25,210 nucleotides of DNA from a virus, in the IMG/VR virus record IMGVR_UViG_3300009431_001072. One strand, written 5' to 3'. A program made the position numbers and the translations under genes. The notes under the pieces were generated by a model, which was not told the DNA's origin, ran no database searches, and saw nothing but the letters and a program-made list of their open reading frames with translations. Within the stretch, counting starts at the first letter, position 1. Every line of letters starts with the position of its first letter. Below, in pieces: positions 6,827 through 14,222 of the stretch.

Positions 6827-6897
6827 GGCTACATACAGCACCACAAATACTTGATGATGATTAATTCATAATCACGGGGAAGCTTGCCGTAGCCTGA
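6827..6897 (+). ncRNA. structured RNA module 5
   Basis: GGCTAC (6827-6832)/GTAGCC (6890-6895) stem, ATACAGCAC after the 5' strand; internal TGATTA/TAATCA hairpin. Confidence 0.6.
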
Positions 6898-6919
6898 AAA
6901 TAGTGCGGACTGCCCCAAA

Positions 6920-6941
6920 TTGTAAAAAATTGGTATAAGAA
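6920..6941 (+). promoter_or_regulatory. putative promoter for tmRNA
   Basis: TTGTAAAAAATTGGTATAAGAA; GGTATAAG starts 55 nt upstream of the tmRNA 5' end. Confidence 0.5.
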
Positions 6942-6986
6942 ATGTACGTATGGCTCTATGAAAGAGTCTTTTCAGACTAAAAATAT

Positions 6987-7341
6987 GGGGATGAAATGGT
7001 TTCGATACATATTGAAGTTTACAGATGGCATTCTGAGGTCCTGGTTCCTCACTAATCTTCCGGGAAACAAATTTAAACGCAGATAACTATGCGTATGCAA
7101 TGGCTGCCTAGTTTGGCTGCCCGTGTTGTTTGAGTCTCGCCTATCAGGCTTTAACAATACGACGACTTTGATGGGATAGTTCTTTTATTTGTCTGAGGTA
7201 AAAGAGCGAAACTAAATCAGACTGGCTTTCTTCGAAGTTTTGTTTGTTGTGCTTCAGGGAGTGAAATTGAACAACAAACTAAGTATGTAGAGGTCTGTAA
7301 AAGTTAACATGTAGACTTCGGTTCAAATCCGAACATCTCCA
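6987..7341 (+). ncRNA. ssrA: transfer-messenger RNA (tmRNA)
   Basis: GGGGATG...CATCTCC-A tRNA-like ends, GGATGAAATGGTTTCGAT 5' signature, T arm TTCGG-TTCAAAT-CCGAA, tag frame ending ETNLNADNYAYAMAA* (stop 7109-7111). Confidence 0.95.
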
Positions 7342-7453
7342 CAATCTTGTCAGTAACTGTTGGTAAATTTTTTAACTTATTTCTATCAGCAGAGTCTTTG
7401 GCGTAACAGCACACCGGATTTGTAATTTATATTTAACTTCAGGAGGAAAATAA

Positions 7454-7795
7454 GTGATTGAAAAATTAGCGAAAACTTTGTACGAGGTGGGAATGATCAA
7501 GAAATTGGCAAAAATTTTGTACGAAGTGGAAACATGGTCTAGCAGGTTAGAAACAAGTAAACACCCTTGGGATTGGATTATGCACTTCACCGGTTGTCTT
7601 TTATTAGTAATCACCGGATTAGCATCATGGTTAGGGGCAGCTCTAATAGCTGTTTACATTGAGTATGTCCAGAAGAGTCAGGTATGGTACAATAACCTGA
7701 CTTGGGAAGTTTACTTACGGGAGCATTCAATTGGTGATTTAATTGCTGATGCCTTAGGTATTATAGCAGCTATAGTGCTGTTGTGGATATTTTAG
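7454..7795 (+). CDS. small membrane protein (GTG start)
   Basis: GGAGGAAAATAA upstream of GTG; two predicted TM segments; N-terminal near-duplication MIEKLAKTLYEVG/MIKKLAKILYEVE. Confidence 0.7.
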   Translation: MIEKLAKTLYEVGMIKKLAKILYEVETWSSRLETSKHPWDWIMHFTGCLLLVITGLASWLGAALIAVYIEYVQKSQVWYNNLTWEVYLREHSIGDLIADALGIIAAIVLLWIF

Positions 7796-7861
7796 TAACA
7801 AGTTTTTATCCTCCTCATCGATAGTATCGATGAGCCCCGAATAGCCCGAGCTATCGGGTCG

Positions 7862-7900
7862 GCCAGGCGGTATCCGGATACTTCCTGGCTATTTTTTTTT
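7862..7900 (+). terminator. rho-independent terminator
   Basis: GCCAGG (7862-7867)/CCTGGC (7884-7889) with inner GTATCCGGATAC, followed by ATTTTTTTTT. Confidence 0.75.
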
Positions 7901-7956
7901 GGAACAATAAACAGATAATAAAGTTTAATAATGGAGTGTTACGGAGAAAAAAGTAC

Positions 7957-8991
7957 ATGACAAAATTTACAAAATTTTCTGCGATTGAAAATACCTATAG
8001 GGAAAAGACTATCAATCTTATAATTGAAGCAGGGCTAGAAAGTAATGAATGGTTTGTCTCTGAGAAAGTCCATGGAGCAAATTTTTCAATCTGGGTTGAT
8101 AGTGAAGGTAACATAAAGTTCGCGAAGAAAAGTGGGTTTATCTCTGGAAATGAAAATTTCTATAATCATACAAATGTAATTTCAGAATTGGACGACATTG
8201 GCAAACAAGTTTTGTCAGAAGCAGTATCGTATATTGGAGAAGATATCCATAGTTTAGCTATATATGGCGAGTATGCTGGAGGTACCTACCCTCACGAAGA
8301 TGTAGATAAAGTTGGTACTGCTAAGAAAGTCCAAAAAGGAGTCTACTACCATCCAGGAAACATTTTTTACGGTTTCGATATCAAAGTTAACGGATTATAC
8401 CTTAATCCGGATGTAACAAATTACATCTTTTCGGAGATTGAGTCTCCAATATTTTGTTATGCTAAGGATTTGTACGCAGGAGATCTTAAAGGTTGTCTAG
8501 AGTATCCTAATGATAAACCTTCACTTATTCACGAAGAGTTTAATTTACCAGCTATAGAAGATAATATCATGGAAGGCGTGGTAATAAAACCAGCCATTAC
8601 CTCATTCCTTGGAAATGGTAACCGTGTTATCCTCAAGAATAAAAACGCAAAGTTTGCAGAGAGGGAGCGAGGTATAAAAACACCGAAAGCACCGATTAGA
8701 TTATCTGAATCAGCGGATACACTATTGCAAGCTATAAGAGTTTATATAACAGAAAATCGTTTAAGAAATATAATTTCCCACGAAGGTACATTTACTCAAA
8801 AGGACTTTGGTAAATTGCAAGGACTATTTATCAAAGATACCCTCAAGGACGCATTAAAGGAAGACACTGTTACCAATATCAGCGAATCCCTGGAGAAAAA
8901 TGAGAGGAGAATAGTTAATAGAATAATAGGCAGAGAAGCTGCGGTACTGATTAGAACAAATTGGCTAAATATCATCGACGGAGGTTTTTGA
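7957..8991 (+). CDS. RNA ligase, Rnl2 family
   Basis: Nucleotidyltransferase motif SEKVHGANFSIW (KxHGxNF), later GIYGEY-like AIYGEYAGG and EGVVIKP; ATG 7957 has GGAGAAAAAAG upstream (track start at 7936 is GTG). Confidence 0.85.
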   Translation: MTKFTKFSAIENTYREKTINLIIEAGLESNEWFVSEKVHGANFSIWVDSEGNIKFAKKSGFISGNENFYNHTNVISELDDIGKQVLSEAVSYIGEDIHSLAIYGEYAGGTYPHEDVDKVGTAKKVQKGVYYHPGNIFYGFDIKVNGLYLNPDVTNYIFSEIESPIFCYAKDLYAGDLKGCLEYPNDKPSLIHEEFNLPAIEDNIMEGVVIKPAITSFLGNGNRVILKNKNAKFAERERGIKTPKAPIRLSESADTLLQAIRVYITENRLRNIISHEGTFTQKDFGKLQGLFIKDTLKDALKEDTVTNISESLEKNERRIVNRIIGREAAVLIRTNWLNIIDGGF

Positions 8992-9482
8992 TGAATACAT
9001 TTGATAAAGCCCGTAGTATTAAGGACCTAAATACGTTATATGATTTCATTACAGAGCTTTCTTTAAATAAAGACTCTCCGGTTAGAAATGTAGCAGCGGC
9101 AGCCATTGCAACTGTATTCACGCTAAAACAGGAGAACATATTCAATCTAGCAGATTATCAAATCTCTGAAGTGATGTGGTTATTTATCGATAACCTTACA
9201 TCTGAAAAAGACAAAAATATTATAACCACGACTCTTGAAACTAGAAAAACTTTGTTCCCTAAACCAGGACAACCGGGAATAGTCATTTCCCCAGAAATTT
9301 TTAATCTAATCCAAAAAGAAGCAGAAAATCTTTTAAAACTCCATCACGACGCAGTAGACTCTGAAAGAAAATATTGGGAATCGCTTGTGAAGGGCGTTGT
9401 TCCGAAAGGAATAACGGTGAGTGAAGAAATAAATGAAGAAATAAATGAAGAAGTAAGTAAAGAAGTAAATAAAGATAAGTAG
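8991..9482 (+). CDS. hypothetical protein
   Basis: ATG 8991 overlaps the TGA of the ligase gene (TGATG); charged C-terminal repeats EEINEEINEEVSKEVNK. Confidence 0.7.
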   Translation: MNTFDKARSIKDLNTLYDFITELSLNKDSPVRNVAAAAIATVFTLKQENIFNLADYQISEVMWLFIDNLTSEKDKNIITTTLETRKTLFPKPGQPGIVISPEIFNLIQKEAENLLKLHHDAVDSERKYWESLVKGVVPKGITVSEEINEEINEEVSKEVNKDK

Positions 9483-9536
9483 ACATATTTAATAACCCCG
9501 CCAATTAATTGGCATTAATTTATCAAAGAGGTACAT

Positions 9537-9893
9537 ATGTATTTAGAACAAGACGAACGCACTAGAAGACAAGAAGTCCCATATGTTGCGTACAAAGTAG
9601 ATGACGCAGTTGTGGTAGAAATGAACGTTCCCGGCTATACCGCTGATGATATTGAAGTGAAAGCCACAAAAAAGATAGTCCAAGTTTTTGGCACTCCTAA
9701 CAAAAATGTAGCCAAAGGACGCTGGACCAATGGATTCTATGTTTCGCTGCCAATCACAGAGGAAGACAAAATCGAAACTAATGGTGAAAATGTCGGAGTC
9801 AATTTAACTAATGGTATTCTTACCTTAACCTTTCCGGTTGCCGAGGAACACCGTAGTACAACACTTACGATCACAGAAGGTCAGCAGGAATAA
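9537..9893 (+). CDS. Hsp20/alpha-crystallin family small heat shock protein
   Basis: VVVEMNVPGYTADDIEVKATKKIVQVFG...FYVSLPITEEDKIE...VGVNLTNGILTLTFP. Confidence 0.85.
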   Translation: MYLEQDERTRRQEVPYVAYKVDDAVVVEMNVPGYTADDIEVKATKKIVQVFGTPNKNVAKGRWTNGFYVSLPITEEDKIETNGENVGVNLTNGILTLTFPVAEEHRSTTLTITEGQQE

Positions 9894-9929
9894 CTGATAC
9901 AAGTGTAGTTGATTAAGAAAGTATACTTA

Positions 9930-9967
9930 CAAGGAGTGGGTGCAACATACCACTCCTTGAATTTTTT
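9930..9967 (+). terminator. rho-independent terminator
   Basis: CAAGGAGTGG (9930-9939)/CCACTCCTTG (9950-9959) followed by AATTTTTT. Confidence 0.75.
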
Positions 9968-9986
9968 AGAAAGCTAAGGGAAATTT

Positions 9987-10478
9987 ATGAAACATCTTCA
10001 TGTTCATATCGATGGTAGCTGTAAGGGGAACCCCGGTCCGGGTGGTGTAGGGATAGTCTTTGTAGAACCAGATACTAACAAAATATTGGCTGAAAAATGC
10101 TTCGGTTATGAGCTTTCTACAAATAATCGAATGGAGCTTCTTGCTGCTATACACTCTCTAGATCTCTTAGTAAAAAGAGGGAAACCAATAAAAGTAGTCA
10201 AAATTTTCAGCGACTCAACCTATTTAGTTTTTCCTTTAACAAAAGGTTGGCTAACAGAATGGGAAAAAACTAATTTTAGAAAAAAAGCAAATTCGGACCT
10301 TTGGATAGTATTCATACTGTTACTGAAAGAAGTAAAAGAATTAGTAGAAACTATCGAGTTCCATTGGGAGGAAGGGAAAGTATCGGCAGAAAATCTTGCC
10401 GCAGATAATTTGGCAAAAAAAGCAACTGAATTAAAAATCTTAAAAAGAGATACCGGCTATGAAAAAAGAAATGAATGA
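9987..10478 (+). CDS. rnhA: ribonuclease HI
   Basis: HVHIDGSCKGNPGPGGVGIVF, NNRMELLAAIHSL, KIFSDSTYLV, AADNLAKKA. Confidence 0.93.
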   Translation: MKHLHVHIDGSCKGNPGPGGVGIVFVEPDTNKILAEKCFGYELSTNNRMELLAAIHSLDLLVKRGKPIKVVKIFSDSTYLVFPLTKGWLTEWEKTNFRKKANSDLWIVFILLLKEVKELVETIEFHWEEGKVSAENLAADNLAKKATELKILKRDTGYEKRNE

Positions 10479-10557
10479 AAGATACAGCCATTACAGAGCA
10501 AGCATAGATGAAAAAAGAAATGAATGAAAGATACAGCCATTACAGAGCAAGCATAGA
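10460..10557 (+). repeat. 49-bp perfect tandem duplication (two copies)
   Basis: TGAAAAAAGAAATGAATGAAAGATACAGCCATTACAGAGCAAGCATAGA at 10460-10508 and 10509-10557. Confidence 0.95.
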
Positions 10558-10783
10558 TGAGGAACGATTTAATGTGTTTGTGGAAGACTTAAAAGGCAAA
10601 GGCCATACGATACCAAAAAATGTTAATGCAATAACCAGGTGTGGTTTAGAAACTCAACTTGGAGAAGATAAAGGTATCGTGGTCCACGCAGAAGGATTTG
10701 CATTTTGCAATGCTAAAGACCAATTTTGTCGAAAACGGGGAAGACATATAGCCTTAGGCCGAGCACAGAAATTATTGGCTTAA
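10508..10783 (+). CDS. hypothetical protein (91 aa)
   Basis: ORF on the dominant strand; start lies in the second copy of the tandem duplication. Confidence 0.7.
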   Translation: MKKEMNERYSHYRASIDEERFNVFVEDLKGKGHTIPKNVNAITRCGLETQLGEDKGIVVHAEGFAFCNAKDQFCRKRGRHIALGRAQKLLA

Positions 10784-10835
10784 AATAGCAGTAGTCCGGA
10801 TTAACACCCGGACTACAACTATTGAAATTTTTTTT
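10784..10835 (+). terminator. rho-independent terminator
   Basis: GTAGTCCGG (10791-10799)/CCGGACTAC (10808-10816), extended by AATAG/CTATT, then TTTTTTTT. Confidence 0.75.
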
Positions 10836-10867
10836 ATTTAAAAAATGAAAAACCGAGAAAAATAAAG

Positions 10868-11587
10868 ATGAGAGGAAACTTAGCATTACTTCACCCAAAA
10901 TATTTAGATAATAAAGGGTTAGTGTGGATTTGGCGAGAGGGTATATACTATTATCGTGCTTTTGCTTCGCCATTTAGTAAATATCGTAAATTCAGATATC
11001 GCTATGGCGTCAAATGTATACGTGAGTCTTGTGCTCCGAGAGTTGCCATTGCTAACTACTTATATTATATATGGAAAGAAGCAATAGGCCGAGGTTTGAA
11101 ATTTAATAAACAATTGATGAACCGAAGTAAACCTGATTTAAGTGTTAATCTAAGATTAGAAGTAGATGGGGAAACTGTCGCTGTGTGTGCTTACGAAACA
11201 ACGGTTAACTTAATAGGCAGAGGCAAAGAAGACGCTACGATACGATATAACTATCTAAAAAATGAGCCATTATTGCAAGTACATCCGTTATTTCGCGTAA
11301 TAAAAAATGAAGATTATTTAGAAAATTGGTGGAAAAAATATGAAGAAAGAACTACAAGAAGCGTCACAGTTAGTGGAACTTATTCAATTAATGGAACCTA
11401 CCCAGACGGTGCCGTGTATGCGGTTGATACAGAACCACAAACAAACTCAGCTGTTAGGTACTATACTACATCAGATCCCACAGGATCCCCATATATTAAT
11501 ATTGAAGGGACTGCCGGGATGCGGGAAAACGACGTGGGCCAAAGATTTACAATCTCGTCAAGCACAGCGGGGTCATCGTCTATATAA
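10868..11587 (+). CDS. hypothetical protein (239 aa), C-terminus overlaps the PNKP frame
   Basis: Coherent N-terminal ~160 aa; Ser/Thr/Gly-rich C-terminal tail in the overlap. Confidence 0.6.
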   Translation: MRGNLALLHPKYLDNKGLVWIWREGIYYYRAFASPFSKYRKFRYRYGVKCIRESCAPRVAIANYLYYIWKEAIGRGLKFNKQLMNRSKPDLSVNLRLEVDGETVAVCAYETTVNLIGRGKEDATIRYNYLKNEPLLQVHPLFRVIKNEDYLENWWKKYEERTTRSVTVSGTYSINGTYPDGAVYAVDTEPQTNSAVRYYTTSDPTGSPYINIEGTAGMRENDVGQRFTISSSTAGSSSI

Positions 11588-12380
11588 AAGAATCAACAAA
11601 GACGAAATCAGGGCAATGCTTGATGATTCACGTTTTTCAGGTGGAAATGAAAGGCTTGTTTTAAAAACAAGGAATAAACTCCTGACAGACTTTTTAAAAA
11701 GAGGGTACAATGTAATCATCGATGACACAAACTTGCATCCTAAACATGAAAAGACAGTGGTTACAATCGTTAGGAAATTATTTCCAAAAGTATCTGTTAT
11801 CACAGTCGATTTCACTGAAATGTCACTAGATGTCTGTATCGAAAGAGACTTAGCACGTAAAAGTTTACCTTCCGGTTATGTAGGCAAGAAAATAATATTG
11901 GATATGTATCGTAGATATGTAAGGAAACCATTTAATACAGTGATCCAAGACGAGAATCTACCGAAGGCTATCATTGTTGATATTGACGGAACTCTTGCAA
12001 ATTGTAGTCATCGTAGCCCATATGATACTGAGAAATGCTTAGATGATAAGTTAATACTGCCCGTGTACCAAGCAGTTCTCGCTATGAGTTCATGTGTAAA
12101 TAATATTATTTATTTATCTGGGAGAGAAGACAAGTATGAAGATCTCACTAGAAAATGGCTAGAGAAACATAAAATAGATTTTGAACTCTTATATATGCGA
12201 GCCGAAGGCGACACTCGCCCGGATTGGATAATAAAGAAAGAATTGTTTTACAAACATATTAAAGATAAACATAACATCTTATTTGTAATAGACGACCGAC
12301 CACAAGTTAGAAAGATGTGGGTAAAAGAAGGAATATTTGTCTTTAATGTCTATCAAGATTTATATCAAGCTGAATTTTAA
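11340..12380 (+). CDS. pseT: polynucleotide 5'-kinase / 3'-phosphatase, T4 PseT-like
   Basis: Walker A ILILKGLPGCGKTTWAKDL; NVIIDDTNLHP; HAD phosphatase motif VDIDGTLANCSHRSPYD; LSGREDKYEDLTRKWL; FVIDDRPQV. The true start may lie downstream of 11340. Confidence 0.9.
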   Translation: MKKELQEASQLVELIQLMEPTQTVPCMRLIQNHKQTQLLGTILHQIPQDPHILILKGLPGCGKTTWAKDLQSRQAQRGHRLYKRINKDEIRAMLDDSRFSGGNERLVLKTRNKLLTDFLKRGYNVIIDDTNLHPKHEKTVVTIVRKLFPKVSVITVDFTEMSLDVCIERDLARKSLPSGYVGKKIILDMYRRYVRKPFNTVIQDENLPKAIIVDIDGTLANCSHRSPYDTEKCLDDKLILPVYQAVLAMSSCVNNIIYLSGREDKYEDLTRKWLEKHKIDFELLYMRAEGDTRPDWIIKKELFYKHIKDKHNILFVIDDRPQVRKMWVKEGIFVFNVYQDLYQAEF

Positions 12381-12397
12381 TTGTAAGGATTTAACCT

Positions 12398-13186
12398 ATG
12401 AAAATCATAAACATAATCATTTTAATAACTTTAGTTATAACATCGATTACCTTTTCTCAATCTTCGAGGTGGGAAGCTGAGGATATGGCAATAATAGACA
12501 GTAGCAATGTGTATGTATTTGGTACATATGTCGGGATCTACAATAATGGCGGAGTACAATTTTGGAAGCGCTTCGATGACGGAATCTATGAAATATCTGT
12601 GAGGGCGCTAGAAATGGCTGCAGGAGATGAGCATGCACGATTGTTGGTAGAAAATGGTAAAAGTGTAAGCTTCGAATTCGAGGTCAAGTCATTAATAGAT
12701 TCTATTTACGTTGATACTCTTGTAGTGGATGATGGCAATAACTGGAAACTAGTGTTTACAAACGATCATTGGATACCCGATGTAATGGACAGGAATCTAT
12801 ATATAGATTATATAGAGTTCACATATATCGAACCTTATGTACCAATTGACACAACAGTAGTCGATACAACAGTAACTAGACATGACTCTGTAAAGGTTGC
12901 ATGGAACGCGAATTCTGAAGATGACCTTAGGAATTATTCTGTTTATTATGGTATAAACAGCAGACTGTATTCGCAGAAAGTAGGTGGTGTAATAGACACA
13001 TTTAAAACAATCGTTGATAACTTCACAGTTAACATTCCATACTACTTCGCTGTCACAGCAACAGATACAGCAAGTAATGAAAGTGCATATTCCGCTGAAG
13101 TTGAATACATATTTACATCTGTGTCTGGTGATTCCACTGCTCCTGATGTTCTATTCATAGAAGTTACACCTATATTTGAGGATTGA
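12398..13186 (+). CDS. secreted protein with CBM-like and FN3-like domains
   Basis: Signal peptide MKIINIIILITLVITSITFSQ; RWEAEDMAI...VGIYNNGGVQFWKRFDDGIYEISVRA resembles CBM35/36-like modules; FN3-like VKVAWNANSEDDLRNYSVYYGINS...YYFAVTATDTASNESAYS. Confidence 0.65.
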   Translation: MKIINIIILITLVITSITFSQSSRWEAEDMAIIDSSNVYVFGTYVGIYNNGGVQFWKRFDDGIYEISVRALEMAAGDEHARLLVENGKSVSFEFEVKSLIDSIYVDTLVVDDGNNWKLVFTNDHWIPDVMDRNLYIDYIEFTYIEPYVPIDTTVVDTTVTRHDSVKVAWNANSEDDLRNYSVYYGINSRLYSQKVGGVIDTFKTIVDNFTVNIPYYFAVTATDTASNESAYSAEVEYIFTSVSGDSTAPDVLFIEVTPIFED

Positions 13187-13187
13187 T

Positions 13188-14222
13188 ATGAAAATAATTA
13201 TACCGGATGATTATATAGAAAGAAAATTAATCTATAAGAAGGAACATCCGACTAAACCGTTATATATTTATAATTACTCTCCGGAAGTACAATTTAGCAG
13301 ACTCTGGGATGAATACACCTCTATTTGCAGAGGACTAATTCTCGATGAAAACAACAATGTAGTCGCCAGACCTATTCCTAAATTCTTCAATTTAGGAGAG
13401 ATAGGACTTGATAATCTCCCAAAAGAGCCTTATATTATAACAGAGAAAATAGATGGAAGTATGATAATAATAGTTCGCTACCAAGATGAACTTTTATTTG
13501 CTTCTCGTGGAAGTTTCATATCAGACCAGGCAATTAAGGCTAAAGAAATATTTAATAGTAAATATGCCCAAAATCAAATACTTCCTGATAAAACTTTTTT
13601 ATTCGAAGTAATTTACCCAGAAAACCGCATAGTTGTAAACTATGATGACAAAGAAGACCTGATAGGATTGGTAACTGTAGATAATGAAACAGGTAAAAGC
13701 CAGGAAATGTCGTCAGGCCATGGATTCCCTGTAGCTAAACAGTATCCATCTGCTATAAGCATAAAAGATTTACAAACTCTAGACGATACAAATAAAGAAG
13801 GCTTTGTTGTTAGATTCACAGAATCAGATTTCAGAGTAAAAATTAAATTTGATGAATATGTTCGTCTACACAAAATAGTAACTAATCTTAGCGAAAAAAC
13901 TGTATGGGAATCTTTAAGAGACGGCAACGAAATGTCGGAGTTAGACATTCCAGATGAATTCATGGATTGGCTAAAAACTACCAGCCTTGAATTTAAAAAG
14001 AAATACAGGAATATTGTAAATAAATGCAAAATAGATTTCCAAGTAATTAAGAAAAGGCCGTGTTTATTTAAAGAACGAAAAGACATAGCAGAATATTTTA
14101 ATAAAAAGAAATATCCAGGAATATTGTTTGCTATGTTGGATAACCGTGATTACTCCGAGATTGTTTGGAAGTTAATTAAACCAAAGAAAGAAAATGAATG
14201 TAATATTAAGACCTGCTTGTAA
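13188..14222 (+). CDS. RNA ligase, T4 Rnl1-like
   Basis: TEKIDGSMIIIV (KxDG), upstream SRLWDEYTSICRGLILD...VVARPIPKFFNLGE, and LFEVIYPENRIVVNY; ATG 13188 preferred over TTG 13176. Confidence 0.88.
   Translation: MKIIIPDDYIERKLIYKKEHPTKPLYIYNYSPEVQFSRLWDEYTSICRGLILDENNNVVARPIPKFFNLGEIGLDNLPKEPYIITEKIDGSMIIIVRYQDELLFASRGSFISDQAIKAKEIFNSKYAQNQILPDKTFLFEVIYPENRIVVNYDDKEDLIGLVTVDNETGKSQEMSSGHGFPVAKQYPSAISIKDLQTLDDTNKEGFVVRFTESDFRVKIKFDEYVRLHKIVTNLSEKTVWESLRDGNEMSELDIPDEFMDWLKTTSLEFKKKYRNIVNKCKIDFQVIKKRPCLFKERKDIAEYFNKKKYPGILFAMLDNRDYSEIVWKLIKPKKENECNIKTCL

Noticed and set aside
6395-6897. CRISPR array or integron attC sites
   Set aside because: Repeats are not identical direct repeats with uniform spacers, the conserved part is only ~9 nt plus a covarying stem, and attC hallmarks (GTTRRRY / RYYYAAC cores) are absent; no cas or integrase gene is visible.
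6395-6897. Known self-cleaving ribozymes (hammerhead, twister, pistol, hatchet) or a permuted group I intron
   Set aside because: I did not find the hammerhead CUGAUGA/GAAA cores, recognisable twister/pistol/hatchet cores, or group I P/Q/R/S-like elements, and the flanking space is small for a group I intron. This is an eye-level check only; an Infernal search against Rfam would be decisive.
7395-7412. GTAACAGCACACC after the tmRNA as a sixth module
   Set aside because: It shares AACAGCAC only; no paired 6-7 bp closing stem was found around it.
9420-9482. Tandem AAATRAAGAAATAAATGAAG repeats as a regulatory iteron
   Set aside because: They encode the in-frame charged tail EEINEEINEEVSKEVNKDK, so a coding low-complexity tail is the simpler explanation.
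11573-11815. Minus-strand ORF inside the PNKP gene
   Set aside because: Lies antisense to strongly conserved PNKP kinase sequence; most likely chance.
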